In this document: positions 29,766-43,654 of the stretch, in pieces | How the letters are laid out: each line of letters starts with the position of its first letter | Numbering within the stretch: the first letter of the stretch is position 1 | NCBI RefSeq assembly: GCF_009914755.1 | Contig: NC_060927.1 | Length of the DNA: 64,000 bases | Reading direction: 5' to 3' (one strand) | DNA from: the human T2T-CHM13v2.0 reference genome, Homo sapiens | Position numbers and translations under genes: made by a program | Notes under the pieces: model-generated | Databases searched by the model: none | Told to the model about the DNA's origin: nothing | What the model saw: only the letters and a program-made list of their open reading frames with translations

Positions 29766-30389
29766 TTAACCCTTTCACATTGCTCTGGTTAAAAGCCCTA
29801 CCTTGGGGTGATCCATTCTGAAACCCTTCAAGCACACTTTCCACTTACAGAGGTGACCTGGCAGCCTAGATTTATCAAGGAAAGACAGTCTAAGAAACAG
29901 AAAAAGTAGAAACAGAGTTTGAACACAAAGGTAGTAAGGAAGCCCACAGAGAAGCAAGGTGGGAGGAAACTGGAGGTGTTTTCTGGAAGTGTAAGGTGAG
30001 CAAAGAGTGGAAGTGGAGGTTAAGAGGGCACCCTAAACAGACACCTACTTTCCATTCTCACTGTCATAATTAGAGAAGGTTGAATCTTCTGTTATTTCAG
30101 ATACATTCTCTATGATTCTGCCAGTGAAACCTGGCTGCATTTCATTTCTGCCTGAATTATGTTCAGAGACGTGGATATTTTTACTTAGCTAAGGAAACAT
30201 TTGTCTTTTACTTTTGTTTATTTTTATCAATGGGAATAACATTTTTCCAGTCTTGCCTAGTATAGAATGGCATAGTGTTTTCAATTGTTTTAATTTTACA
30301 TGTCCTTGAGGCATTATAAGTGGTGCTAAATAGCTTTTCATCTAGATCCAACTCCTAAAGGGTACAGTGTCAGGGTTCATCACATGCAC

Positions 30390-30590
30390 ATTTGTGCTAG
30401 GCTGTTTGTGTTCAAATCATAGCTTTCTCTCTAACTTGCTGTGTGACTTTAGGAAAGTAATGCAACCTCTCTTAGCCTCAGTTTTCTTATCTGTAAAATG
30501 GGCTGATAATAATAGTACCTTGTTGAGGAGACTAAGAGATAAAAGCAAATAGCACAGCATGAGACTTATAAGTGCTCGATAAATAGATTT
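30390..30590 (+). mobile_element. MIR
   Basis: gctgtgtgactttaggaaagtaatgcaacctctcttagcctcagttttcttatctgtaaaatggg core. Confidence 0.8.
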
Positions 30591-31544
30591 GTTAAGGTTA
30601 CATTTGTTGCCATCATCAGAAATGAACCTTGCCTCACTTAAGAAAAAAGGAGTAAAGGATTGGAAAGGTATTGGGGGAGTCTGCAGAGTTTAAGATAGAG
30701 CTGATGTCCCTGGGTTAAGGAGGAAGAAACACAGGGCACAGGGCATAGCAGGGCTGTACCATTAACAGCAAGAATTCCTGGATAATTCCTCCAGGGCCCT
30801 GCCATCAAAGTGACACTCCTACAAGTCTGCTGGGCTCACTGCCCCTTCTTTCAAATGCACAGAATCCTAAATGTCAGGCAATGGAAAGAGAATTAACGAA
30901 GTCCCAGATTGTATCACATGCGGGAGACCACATCGGGCCCAGATGCTGGTAGTTTAGCCTTTTGAAAAAGCATAAGCTTGCATCCCTTCTCCTGCTTATC
31001 AAAAATGAAATCGGTGTTAATAAAGGACAAAGCACAGGTTGAGCCTAGTGAGACAGAAGCCCAGCAAAGCCCTGTCTCCTTTTAAATCCTTGCCCAAGGA
31101 ATAATCCCTATAGAGAAAAGTGATTTTATTATCCCTGAGATTATGGTAGAAAAATTCAGCAAGCTGCAGATCGTCTTTGATCCCAAAGGCCTTGACCAAA
31201 CAAAAAGTTTTCATATTTTCTCTATAACACTGCTAAGCAGTAGTGTCATTTGTTGAAATATCTTTCTCTTGTTTTATGTTGTTATAAATACAGTATATAC
31301 CCTGGGTGTTGGGAATTTGCATGATGCGGATGGATTTATAAAAAATATTCTGAATTGTTTTGGAGTTTATAAATAATAAAGTAGATTCTTTTGGTAGGTA
31401 ATATGCAACTATAATTTAGAATCTTTTTTTGGAAGACCTTTCGAAGCAAAGTGCACAGAGGCAAAGCTTTATTAAATGTCACACTACTGTCCTATTGAGC
31501 TAAACAATATCTTAAAGTATAAAAGGTTCAATGTAGACAGTGAT

Positions 31545-31795
31545 GACGATGAGAGCTAACTCTTATTACACCTTCCTCTGTGCCATGATAAATGCATTAC
31601 ACATATTAATTTATTGGCTTCTCCTGACAACCCTGTGAAGTAGTTAGTGTTATTATCTCCATTTTACAGGTAAGGGAACTGAGGCACCAAAAGGTGAGTT
31701 AACTACTCCAAGATTACACAGCAAGTAAACGGCAGAGATGGATGTAAACTCAGGTCATCCAAGGCCAGAGCCCAGGCTTTCAGCCAGCACACTCC
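31545..31795 (-). mobile_element. MIR
   Basis: ccattttacaggtaagggaactgaggcac core. Confidence 0.8.
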
Positions 31796-32066
31796 ATAGC
31801 AGTTTATAGCGTAGGAACATCAGGTTCCAGAATGAGGAGTGAGATGGATACAGAAGTGAAATAAACATATTTAAAGCACACTATGTGCCAGTATATACCC
31901 GAGATATCTTGTCTTGTTTGTTTCTGTCAGCAAACCTTTGAAGGTAGCATTGTAACTGTTTCATAGCATGGTAATCAGAAGCTGCTCAATGTTACAGTTA
32001 GTTGGTACGGGAAATAGAGGGGTTAGTGTTCAAACCCAGGCATGCGAGACTCCTCAGCATATGCTC

Positions 32067-32990
32067 TATTTTTAAAATTTATTTCTAATTATTATGGGTA
32101 CATAATAGTTGTATATACTTATGGGGTACACATGATGTTTTGATACAGGCATATGATGTGTAATAATCAAGCCAGGGTAATGGGGTATCCATCACCTCAA
32201 GCATTTCTTATTTCTTTGTGTTAGGAGCATTCCAATTTCACTGTTTTAGTTATTTTAAAATACACAATAAATTACTGTTAAATATAGTCACCCTATTGGG
32301 CTACTGAATACTACTAGATCTTATTCATTTTATCTAACCATATTTTTGTTTCCACAAACTATCCCCACTGCCCTGTTACCCTTCCCAGTCTCTGGTAATC
32401 ATCATTCTATTCTGTCCCCATGAGTTCAATGTTTAAAATTTTTAGCTCTGACATATGAGTGAGAACATATGAAATCTGTCTTTCTGTGCCTGGCTTATTT
32501 CACTTAACATAATGTCCTCCAGTTCCATCCATGTTGTTGAAATGAGAAAATTTCATTCTTTTTTATGGCCAGATAATATCCCCTTGTGTATATGTACCAC
32601 ATTTTCCTTATCCATTCATTTTTTGATGAACACTTAGGTTGATTCCATATTTTAGCTATTATGAATAGTGCTGCAATAAACATGGGAGTGTAGATATCTC
32701 TTCAATATACTAATATTTTTCTTTCAAATATGTACCCAGCAGTGGGATTGCTGGATCACGTAGTACTTCTATTTTAGGTTTTTTGACGAACCTCCACACT
32801 GTTCTCCATAGAGGCTGTACTAATTTACATTCCCAACATCAGTGTACAAGGGTTCGCTTTTCTTCACATCTTTGCCAACATTCATTATTGTCTATCTTTT
32901 GGATAAAAGCCATTTTAACTGGGGAGAGATATATTTCATTGTAGTTTTGATTTGCATTTCTCTGATGATTAGTGATGTTGAACACTTAAA
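32067..32990 (-). mobile_element. L1MA (MA2-MA4-like) 3' fragment
   Basis: gggtacataatagttgtatatacttatggggtacatgtgatgttttgatacaggcat 3' end followed by ORF2 C-terminal sequence. Confidence 0.9.
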
Positions 32991-34229
32991 AATATTTATA
33001 TCATACAGTTTTCTGAATAAAAATGATTTCTCTCTTCAATGTTAAATGTTCTCCATATAATGTACTGATGCGTTTGTTATAGATAATACATTGATATAAT
33101 AAAAAAGAAAACTCTGAGAAGTGGAGTCTCAAAATTGTGGTCTAGAGGAAAGTCATAGGGCAGAGGTTCTGAAATACCAGCTTCTTGTAATGATTTCAAC
33201 GTGAATTTCCGAGAATCATTAGTCATAGATTGTGTATGGAATTAAGTCTACCCATGGGGATTTTTAGCCATAACATCTGAACAAACAAGCAAGTGCTCTG
33301 GCCATTTCAGTGATAAAAGGAATGCAATTTTCTTCTGATAAAATATGTAGTCCAAAAATGAGTAAGAAAAATATGTAAGTGAATATAGTTGTTAATTTTC
33401 CCAAATAACCAAAATATGAAGAAATAAAACATGAACACTTTTGAAATTAGAAATTTAACATCTACATCTATGTGCAGATGGTTCAGGAACCTAGGATATG
33501 AGGCCTATACACTCAGAAGGTTTGGGCTTGAAACACTACTTCCATTTTCCCAACCGAGAAATGGAATCATAATACCAGTTCATTTTACATGATGAAGATG
33601 AATGAGTGAGATATAATATTTATCTACTGCATGAATTTAATGTTGTTACTATTTTGGATAGATTATATATTCCTAAAAATAGTCAAAGAAAGCCTTAAAA
33701 ATAGTCAAAGCCACAAATTAGAAACAGATTTTCTTGGGACTTTTATGGCATTTTTCTTGGCATTTTTACGACCATGAGCATGATAAAACACAGGGACTAC
33801 CTCAGAGCAAGAGGCCTAGACTACATCTGGTTGTTATGAAAAGGCCACCTGTGCTCAAAGACCCTTTCTAGAAACCAAATAACATTATTAACAGGTGAAA
33901 TTGGGGTTGGTCTAGCTTTGGGATTTTCTTAAGAATGTTTCCATCACTGTGAGCAAGGCTTGGAAATGCCAGCTCACACCATCAGTGCCTGCAAACATCC
34001 TTTTTATCTTATTTGATAATGTTTTACTGTGAATGAAGATCCAAGCTCAAATAAAAGAGCATTAAGTGTACAAGAAAGATATTTAGTTTCCAAGTATGCA
34101 GCCTCCAAGTTGAGTCAACAAACAGACATTGGGAGAAATTTTAGAAAAAGAAAAACTCAGGCAAAGTAGCGTAGCTAGCTAAAGGAAGCAGAGACAAGTC
34201 AAGTAGGTAATTCCATTAGTTTTTCAATG

Positions 34230-34450
34230 GCCCCTTATTGAACATCTGTCTTATCATAAGCTAAAAACATAACATGCAGTACCTCATTTACTCTCCACAA
34301 CAAGTTATGAGGCAAGGAAAACAAGTGTCTTCACATTATACGAGAGGAAACGGAAACTCAGAGAAGGAAAATAACACAGCCAATGTCACACAGCTGGTAT
34401 GTGATAGAGCCTGGATTTGAATATTGGGCTCCTCAGTTTCAAAGCCCACT
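34230..34450 (-). mobile_element. MIR
   Basis: gaggaaacggaaactcagagaagg...gtcacacagctggt...gcctggatttgaa. Confidence 0.7.
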
Positions 34451-34466
34451 TCTGGTTCTCCCAGAT

Positions 34467-34640
34467 CAGTGTGTCTCAAACTTCCCAGTGTTAGAAATTC
34501 TCTTGGGGAAGCTTTCGTGAATGCAGATTCTAGGGCTTCATCTCTAGATATTTTGATTTGTTTCTTCTAAAGAGAGGGTAGGAATCTTCATGCTTCTGAT
34601 ACCCTTCATTGGTGGAATGCACTTTGGGAAATATTACCCT
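34467..34640. mobile_element. MER5-type hAT-Charlie MITE
   Basis: cagtgtgtctcaaactt...aatgcagattctagggc...cactttgggaaatatt. Confidence 0.6.
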
Positions 34641-35352
34641 GTGTAATGTTGTCATCTAATAAACGGAAGTTTCGTTCTTAGCAACTTTGAGATCACCTTA
34701 TGGTCAGCCTCAGAATCTTCAGCTAAAAATTAAAATAATAAAACCTACCTTAATCCCCTATGGGGAGATTAAAGAAGACACTGTATGGAATGTTTATGTG
34801 TGTGTGGACATGCAGAAACAGCTTTATAAATAATATTTCTCTTTCTCAATAAGGCAAAAGGACTAGAGCAGTTAACATTAAGAGCTTTAAAGAATATCCA
34901 GTTTATCAGGTGACTTGCTTGCCTGACCTCAATCAGAGGCAAGGGACAGAAAAGAGATGCAAGAATGGAATGAGTTTGCCTAGGCAAGTAATCATGGGAA
35001 AGGAAATACGGTTAATTATTGAAACAAAATTAGTCGAGAAGCTAGTATGCTAATGCAGCCCAGAGCAATCTCATGAATGCCAACTCCACTGCTGGCTATT
35101 GTGTGACCATGGTCAAGTTACTTCTCTCAGGACATCACTTCTTTCAGCTATAAAGTTGAAACAATAAAAGCTTCTTCACAGAGTTGTCGTTGAGGATCAA
35201 ATGAAATAAGAGCATAGAGAGGAGTCAGCATGAAACTAGCAAGTCGTGGTGCATAGGAGATGTAAACACAGTAACTCTGGAGACTAGGATAATGTTATGA
35301 GTAGGAGAATTGTTATTATTACCATATTATTGAACTTGAAGGAGAAGAAATG

Positions 35353-35635
35353 CAAGTCTGTCATCCCTTATAGGAACCCTTTGATGCCAGAGTGTATGAG
35401 AATTTTTGGACTTTGGAAAAGTACATATACCACATACCACATCAGAGACTGGGAGAGCACCTTGTAATCAAACACACTAATCTTTCTTCAGTGAAATGGA
35501 TGAATATTCACCTTAAGTGGCAAAAGTAGCCTCATGTCAGTTCAGGTCAGGTTTAACCATCAAATGCTTTACAAAAAGCCTTTGGTTTTTATAGCTTTTT
35601 GGATCTAAAAATTGCAGATAAGGGATATGGATCTG
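35353..35635. mobile_element. Tigger-like (TcMar) MITE
   Basis: Imperfect terminal inverted repeats caagtctgtcatcccttat ... ataagggatatggatctg. Confidence 0.6.
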
Positions 35636-35934
35636 TCTAACAGTTCCAGTAACAATATTCTCCTTGGATGCTACTTTCCAAATCTATATAGTGGGCACAA
35701 CATTAGTAGCCATCATAATATTATATCTAAATTAGTCTAATGTGTTTTTATAAAATTGGAGTCTTATTATTAATTAATTGGACAGTAGAGGATTAGATTG
35801 TAGTATTTTTCCTTTTTCTGGCAAATTATAAAAAGTGAAAATCAGAGAAAGTTTAGAAATGAGGGAAAAAATTACCCTCATTATGCCAGCACCCTAAAAC
35901 ACAGCTACTGTAGTTTTTGCACATGTATTTATAG

Positions 35935-36064
35935 TTTTTGAGACGGAATTTTGCTCTTGTTGCCCAGGCTGGAGTGCAATGGCGCGATCTTGGTGCGGTA
36001 GTTCACACCTGTAATCCCAGCACTTTGGGAGGCCAAGGGAGGCGAATCACCTGAGGTCGGGAGT
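35935..36064 (-). mobile_element. Rearranged AluSp-like element: 3' end (minus) joined to inverted 5' end (plus)
   Basis: tgagacggaattttgctcttgttgcccaggctggagtgcaatggcgcgatcttgg fused to ggtgcggtagttcacacctgtaatccc...ctgaggtcgggag; 14-bp TSD gtatttatagtttt. Confidence 0.92.
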
Positions 36065-37557
36065 ATTTATAGTTTTAAATACACACTTTTGTTTAAATGT
36101 AAATATTTTGGTCATATGATTTTGTATCTTGCTTTTTTTTTTAAAAAAAATTTCAACTTCTTACAATATCTTCATACCGATCATTTAAATCTTCGCTTAT
36201 TGTTACATACTACAGTATTTATATGACACTTCCCTTATTGGCTAAAAGTTTTTACTGTTACCAAAATGCTTTGATGAACCATATTCGCTCTTTGCCAGGT
36301 TTGTTATTTTCTAGGATTTATCTTAGTATGATGATGCAAAATTTTGGTACAAAAGATGTAAAGTCTTGGACCAAAACTAGGGGCGGGGGAAGGAGCAAAT
36401 GGAGCCAAGAGCTGTATATAATGCTGATGGTCTTTAAGTTCAAAAAATGGAGTCTGGAGATTATCTCAGTTTTAGGTGAGAGAAGAAATTTGTTCAAAGA
36501 TGGAGGCATGAGGAGAACTTAGCTCAGAGAAATGAGGAGTGAGCACAGGCTACAGAAAGCAACGCACGCAATTGTGTGGGAGAGCATTATCAGCAGCATG
36601 GTCTCTGTGGTCTTGTGAAGAGGCAGCCCAGCTTCGTTAACAGAGACAGAGGTAGAATTGGCAAGCCTGGGATATCCCTTTGCTTTAATATAGCCTTTAT
36701 TTCTGTTAAGTGATTACTCGAAGTTGGCTTGATTTCTACCCAACCCTAGTCTAAGTTACCATTTATTCTCACCTGTACTCCTGAAAAACCATCCTAACTG
36801 GCTTCTAATACCTGCCTTGGAACTTCTCTCCCACACAGTAGCCAAAGGATCTTTTTGAAGTGAAAATGTACTCATCTTTCCCCTGCTTAAAGCCTTTCAA
36901 TGTCTTCCCAGTGTTCCTAGGATAAGGATAAAATTACTTAATGCAGATAAGTTCAGACTCTTTTGATTATAAGTAACAAGCAACCTAATTCAAGCTGACT
37001 TAAGCAAAAAAAGGAAATGTTATCGGGTAATTCTATCTAATAAGGCTTAGTAGACACAGGACTTTAAAAGATTTAATAAAGATATGCTTCCTCTCTCTAC
37101 TTATTAACTCTTTTATGTTGATTCTTTTCAAATGAGATCTTTTCCTGTGGCTATAACACAACTACCAGCAACTCTGATTTGTGTGCTGTGGGAATAAACC
37201 CTTACCCCAGCAGTCTCAATCCAAGCCCTGCCATTCACTTTGATTGGACTAACTTAGGTCATGTGTTCTTCCCTGAACCAGTACTATGGCTATGGGAATA
37301 GGATATACTTAGGGGTCAAGGGCTGGATCACATGCTTTACCTAGATTCTGCCTCACAACAAACCACGTGGGCTGAGACTGGGGAAAGCACAGACTCTAGC
37401 AACAAATCTGGGGCTTTAAGAAGAGTAAATGTGTTGGGGGGACTACAGATCTTCTCTACTGTATATATGGCTTTACATCGACTATTCCCTGTCTATTCCT
37501 CCTGCTTCATCTAGCACAACATTTTGCTTCCTGCAATCCAGCCACACTGGTCTTTGC

Positions 37558-37940
37558 ATCAGATAACTATTTCTGCATAACAAACAGCTCCCATACTAAA
37601 TGCCTTAAAACCATAACTATTTACTGTGTCTCATCATGGATCAGCTTGGTGCTTTTGCTGATTGAAATTGGGCTTGATTATGCTCAGCCTCTCTCTGCAT
37701 CTGTGATCAGGTCAGCAGAGGGCTGCTAGAACAGCCTTGGCTGGGATGACACAGTTCTTCTCCATGTAGTCTCTCATCCTTCAGTAGGTTAGTTCAGGTT
37801 TGTTTTCATAGTGGATTCAGGGGCTCAAGATAGCAAGCAGCAGTGTTCAATGTGTTTTGAGGCATATGTTTAGAACTGGCACTTCCACCACAAGCAACTC
37901 ACATGGCCAAATTCAGGGTCATTATGGGAGGATACTAACA
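37558..37940 (-). mobile_element. Old MLT1-type LTR
   Basis: gcataacaaacagctccc...ccttaaaaccataactattta...ctcacatggccaa. Confidence 0.6.
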
Positions 37941-39025
37941 CATTTCAAGACCAATGTAACCTTTTATTTATGGGCATTATTGATGGAGAATTAATGAAGC
38001 TCATGCACATGCTAATTTATTTATTGAATAAACATTTATTGAGGAACAATGACATACCAGTATGTATGAATGTAATCATGAATAAATGCAAAGGAGTGGA
38101 ATCTAGAAAAAGAATGTTTGCTGAGAAAAACTAAGCAAATGAATACACTCATTGGAAAACTATTAATATGTGTGTTTTTTAAAAGAACAAAGAGAACCCC
38201 TCACAGAGATTTCTAAAATATGCTTTTATAGATATAAGCTATTGAGGAGGAGGTTGAATCAGTGTCAAAATGAAAAATTAAACCTGTTGAAATATGAAGA
38301 ATATTAGAACTTGCAAAAAGAGAAATACGATTCAATGTAAATGATTCCGTCTGCTGCAGTAAAAATATTTATACGTTTCTCCATTCTACAAGTACTTCCA
38401 TATTTCTAAAATGATGACCCTTTCCTTTTGAATAGGCTCAAGCCTTATGTGGAAGCCAGCTACAGAATTATAAGAAGTTTCAAAATGTATTGAGGGACTG
38501 CAGGATGATCACTCTTTGGGTAAAGAGGGGAGGCAATAAACTTCAGATGTTCATGGCTCTGTGGTCCTAATACTGGTAGCCTCTGAGGCTGGGGAGACTT
38601 AAAGCTAGCTGGGAGAAGGAAACTATTCATCAGTTACCCCTGTGGCAGCAAAGTTGCAATAAGGGTGGCAATTATTCACTCTTCCCTCTATCCATGCCCT
38701 TTGTATGTTACTTTACAGTTCCCTCACAATGTGAGCAGCTCAACCCTCAAGGGGTTAAGGAACCTAAACCTCAAGTCCCAAGATTCTAAAATTGGTGTTC
38801 TCACTGAATTCAAGTATTAAATGATACAATTTGAAAGGAAGTGAACTTGATCCTTAAAACCAGAATTCAAGTTCTGACTGTAAAATAACCACATTACTTT
38901 GGATAGTTCCCTTAATTTCTCTAACTTTAGCCTTTCCAATTCTAAAATGGATATGATCATGCTTGCGTCAGGCATCTTATGATAATTAGTGTCACACAAG
39001 ACATATGTCTAAAGCAAAACATATG

Positions 39026-39464
39026 TGTTGTGGGTTGAATTGTCTTCCCCCAAAAGATACTGAAGTCCCCTCTACCTGTGATTGTGACCTCCTTGGAAAT
39101 AGGGTTATTGCAGATGTAATCAAATTAAGATTAGGTGGGCCCTAATGCAATGACTGGTATGCTTATAAGCAGGAGATTCAGACACACACAGGGAGAAGGC
39201 CATGTGATGATGGGGCCAGGGATTGGAGTGATGTAGCTACAAGCCAAGACTTGCTAAGATACACTGGTGAACTACAGACGCTAGGAAGAGGTAAGGACAG
39301 ATTCTTCCTTAGAAACTTCAGAGGAAGCATGGTTCTCCTGACACTGATTTTGGACTCCCAGCTTCCTGCATTTTAGACTTCTGACTATGAGAAAATGAAT
39401 TTCTATGGTTTCAAGCCACTCAGTTTTTAGTACTTTGTTGTGGCAGCCCTAGGAATCTAATACA
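39026..39464 (+). mobile_element. MLT1C/MLT1B-type solo LTR
   Basis: tgttgtgggttgaattgt...gcagccctaggaatctaataca; TSD atatg/atgtg. Confidence 0.88.
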
Positions 39465-39824
39465 ATGTGTATATTAGATACTATGCTAAATTACAGATTT
39501 TACAAAGAAGAAGTCAACTTGTTTGTGGGTATATGTGAGTCACCTTTGGGGACCCTAGAATACTGAGGGGGTAAAATGGTTTTTAGCGTTCTGATTTCTC
39601 GCAGGTAAAGTAACTAAGCTTGTGAAATTTGAATATTAATGTTAATGTGAACTCAATTTTATCCCCAGAAGAGTAAAGCATAGGGGATTTCTAGTTACTT
39701 AATGGAACAATAATATGTAAAAATATTTAATAATTACTCATATCTATCAAATCCCAAGTACTGTTTGCAGCATTTTTATGTATTAACTCATTTAAACCTC
39801 TCAGAAACACAGTGAAGTACTGGA

Positions 39825-40290
39825 TTACTCAGGGTTTAACCAGGTCTAATGAGGAAAACCCTACTTCAAGTATTTAAATAGAAGAGAGTTAATGCAAGAA
39901 ATTATCTAACAGGGATAAAACAGATGGGAAGCCAACAAGTGATGCTGAAGCAGCTTAGATGAGCAGCACCAGGAAGCTGCTGTCACCCCTAGGGTGGCAG
40001 GACAAAGGGAAGTAGCATGTTGCAGGTCAGAGCTGGGTGTCACCTGGTTTAGTTTAGAACCCTGGTGGGCCTACCCCAAGAGAGCTGTGGAGAAAGTACA
40101 GTTACTGCAGGAGAGCCTGCTCAAGGAGGAGAGGGACCCCTGAACTTTTTCCTTCCCCCCACCCTCCATTCTCCCATTAGTGCCACCCATTGGCTGATCC
40201 CAGTGGAAGCCAGTTGATATGTGACCCTGAGAAATGCAGTTTATACCCTTTTCAGCTTGTATCATAGGGGAGGCACTCCTATGATACAGA
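39825..40290. mobile_element. ERVL LTR relic (LTR41-like)
   Basis: ctccattctcccattagtgccacccattggctgatcccagtggaagccag motif; a related relic lies at about 43575-43990. Confidence 0.45.
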
Positions 40291-42092
40291 GCCGGAAAGG
40301 GCGTAAACAGTTCCAGGATCAATTAGGTATGTACTGCTATTACCCCCATTTTTGAGATGAAAAAACTGAGGAATAGATGGGTAAAGTAGCATACCAAAGG
40401 TCACTCAGCTGGAGCTGAGATTTAAACCCAGGCACTCTTCCCCCTGCCCACAGTACAACTATACTGTATTCAGGGAAAGACTGGAGGCAGGGAGCGCAGT
40501 GTAGGGATTATTATGATCACCCACGGGGCAGGAATTAGGACCAGGAGTAGGTTGGTATCTATGAAATTGAATAAACGAGATTTCTTTGAGAAATATTACA
40601 GAGAAATGAATGATTTGTTTAAGAAAATGAGAAAGGAAATGGCTTTTGACCATAGGAAAATATTTGAAAAGGGAGACGATTTATTTTAACCGCAACAGTA
40701 TTCAATTTCTAGTCAGAAAGTAAGTGAGGCAGTATGATGAGATAAAAAGTCCAATATTCATTATAACAAATTTTACCACTGCAAAATAATTTGAGATGTT
40801 TCTGAAAGCCTGCATTTCTCTTTTGTGAAACTTCCAAAAGTTGTTTCTCTTTTATGGCTTCCTTTTATCATCTGCCTTAAGACATAAGCTGGTTATGCTA
40901 TTCTCAATAAATAGCAGTATTCTAAGATAATTATTTTCTTGGCAACCTGGAACCAGGAGCATAAGATGACAGTAGTAAAATTAGAACTGTTGCTTCTTGC
41001 ACAATTTACTTTCTAGTCTAGGAGTCTTAGAATAAAATAAGAAATAGTTAATTAACTGGACTAGGAAAAACTGTTGCATTTTTCTTTTTTTAATGATTTG
41101 TTAGCTAAGTTTAATTAAGAAAATCAACAAGTCTGCTAGAAACTGATAATTACTTGAATAATGGGTGATACAAATCTTTTCTAAAAATGTAAGTTGCAAA
41201 AGAGGAAAAACCATCTAAAGGAAGCCTAAATGTTCTTTCTAATGAATGTGGCATATGGGAGAGATTGAATATACAGATTAAGTAGAGAGTGAGCAGTTAT
41301 TTCAATGTAACCAAAACAAATGGCAATCTGGGTGATTCAGATAACTCTGAATTCTCTTTTACTTCAATAGCTGCATTTTCACATTGACCTGAATTATCCA
41401 TATGATTGCTTTCGCTGTCTCCTTTTCTCTGCCTGTGCAGATAAACATAGGGTGTGATGACTTCCATCTCATGTAGGTGAGCTAAAGCAAAACTATCCAG
41501 TAAATGCTAGTTGAGTAGATCTGAGCTTTTCTTTAGCATTAGATATTATTTAAGGACTACCTTCCTTCCCTGTGTCAGTAATGGAGTATGAAAAGGATAC
41601 TAGCCCTTGGTTTCAGGCAATAAAAATTATGCTGGTTTAGGGGTGTCTGCATAGTTTGAATTATAAACATACCTGTCAGTGTAATTTATTCAGGCACAGT
41701 TTGGACAATCACTGGTCCAGGGCCATTGTAAAAAAATGGTTTTAAGTTAAAGATCTAGTTGGATTAATTAATTGAAGTTCCATTCAATTCTGTGATTATA
41801 TGAACACATAAAATCTCAAACATTTGTCTTTCCATGCATGATTGAGTCTTGGAATAAAAGCAGTCATTTGATGGCTTTAGCTTCTGTGGGGAGTGATCAA
41901 TAAAGTGATTCTGAAAAAACAGATGCTTGTGTCCATTTTGTCCCATTCTATTGTGGCTCCCTTTATGTATATTTGGATGACAATTCTAGCAATGGAGCTC
42001 TTTCTCTGACACAAATCATGGAATTCACATAAGAGTGCAGAGTTTTGATTGCTAAGGGAAGTGGATTTTACTGTGACCAGCATTTACAGTCC

Positions 42093-42732
42093 CAGAACAT
42101 CTGCAGAGCTGCTCAGGAACATGATAATGAAGCAGAACATCTGCAGAGCTGCTCAGGAACATGATAATGAAGCAGAACATCTGCAGAGCTGCTCAGGAAC
42201 ATGATAATGAAGCAGAACATCTGCAGAGCTGCTCAGGAACATGATAATGCATCAGAACATCTGCAGAGCTGCTCAGGAACATGATAATGAGGGAGAACAT
42301 CTGCAGAGCTGCTCAGGAACATGATAATGAGGGAGAACATCTGCAGAGCTGCTCATGAACATGATAATGGACCAGAACATCTGCAGAGCTGCTCAGGAAG
42401 ATGACAATGGAGCAGAACATCTGCAGAACCACTCAGGAACATGATAATGGAGCAGAACATCTGCAGAACCACTCAGGAACATGATAATGGAGCAGAACAT
42501 CTGCAGAGCCGCTCAGGAACATGATAATGGAGCAGAACATCTGCAGAGCTGCTCAGGAATATGATAATGGATCAGAACATCTGCAGAGCTGCTCAGGAAC
42601 ATGATAATGGATCAGAACATCTTCAGAGCTGCTCAGGAACATGATAATGGAGCAGAACATCTGCAGAGCTGCTCAGGAACATGATAATAGATCAGAACAT
42701 CTGCAGAGCTGCTCAGGAACATGATAATGGAG
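42093..42732. repeat. 40-bp minisatellite (VNTR candidate), exactly 16 units
   Basis: Consensus CAGAACATCTGCAGAGCTGCTCAGGAACATGATAATGGAG; 640 bp, no indels between units. Confidence 0.99.
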
Positions 42733-43654
42733 CCCAGTGAATAATGTTCAACATTTTGAAAAAGTTGAAGTGAATTTAAAAATAAGAAACTTAAAATTCC
42801 AAATATCCAATTGAAAGTTGTTTGTGTCTATGACTAATAAATACTGAGAAATCCAAACTTAAGTGCAGTATAAGTGGATAAAAAATTTTAAAATATGGGA
42901 TTTGCGGGACAAAATATGTATGTAATATTAAAGGAGTTTGACTCCCTGATCTTGTCCAACCCTTTGTTTTTCTTGGGGGCAACAATAGAGGTCAGAGTAG
43001 AAAGCGGCTTACCTAAGGTCATAGAGATGTGTGGTAGTAGTGCTAGTATCAGACATGAAATCTAGAGATTTCTAGTGAGCAAAGACCAGAACTCACATGT
43101 TAACAACTTTCTGAAAGAGAATCTAGGAATCAAATCTAGGAAGCTTTTTCATCCTCAGTGGCATCTGGATTTACCCAGGACATTTTTATCCATGAAAATA
43201 TTCTGTTATAAATATTTTCAAAATCATCTCTTCTAAAAGTTACAAAAAACAGGTGCATTTTACACTTGGCAAAACTGTGTGTATATTCCTTTGTTTATGT
43301 CTACCTTTTACAGATAAAGCTTTCAGTGAATAAAGCTTTCAGAAGCCACGAAGACAATACAAAGCCAATTATCTCTTATTGTGAAACTGTAAAGATGAAA
43401 AAGAGAACACAGAAAATAACTCTAAAGCTCCAAATTGAAGAAGTGAAGAATTGAGGTTAAGTATCTACATAATGAGGTTTATTGAAACTCTATAATTAAA
43501 GATAAGCAGATAATTTAGATGCACTTAAATATTATTGAGGTATTATATTTCATCTAATTTAAGAAACTATATTCGTTAGGGTCCAGATATGAAAAGATAA
43601 GCCACGCCAGGTATTTCAAATAGAGACAATTTGATACAGGGAACTGGTTATGCA

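Noticed and set aside
33672-33712. Short duplication taaaaatagtcaaag x2
   Set aside because: Real but a trivial slippage product with no further structure.
42093-42732. CRISPR-like array or coding repeat
   Set aside because: Units are head-to-tail with only a 4-nt variable slot, no spacers or cas genes, eukaryotic context; the 40-bp period cycles stop codons through all frames on both strands.
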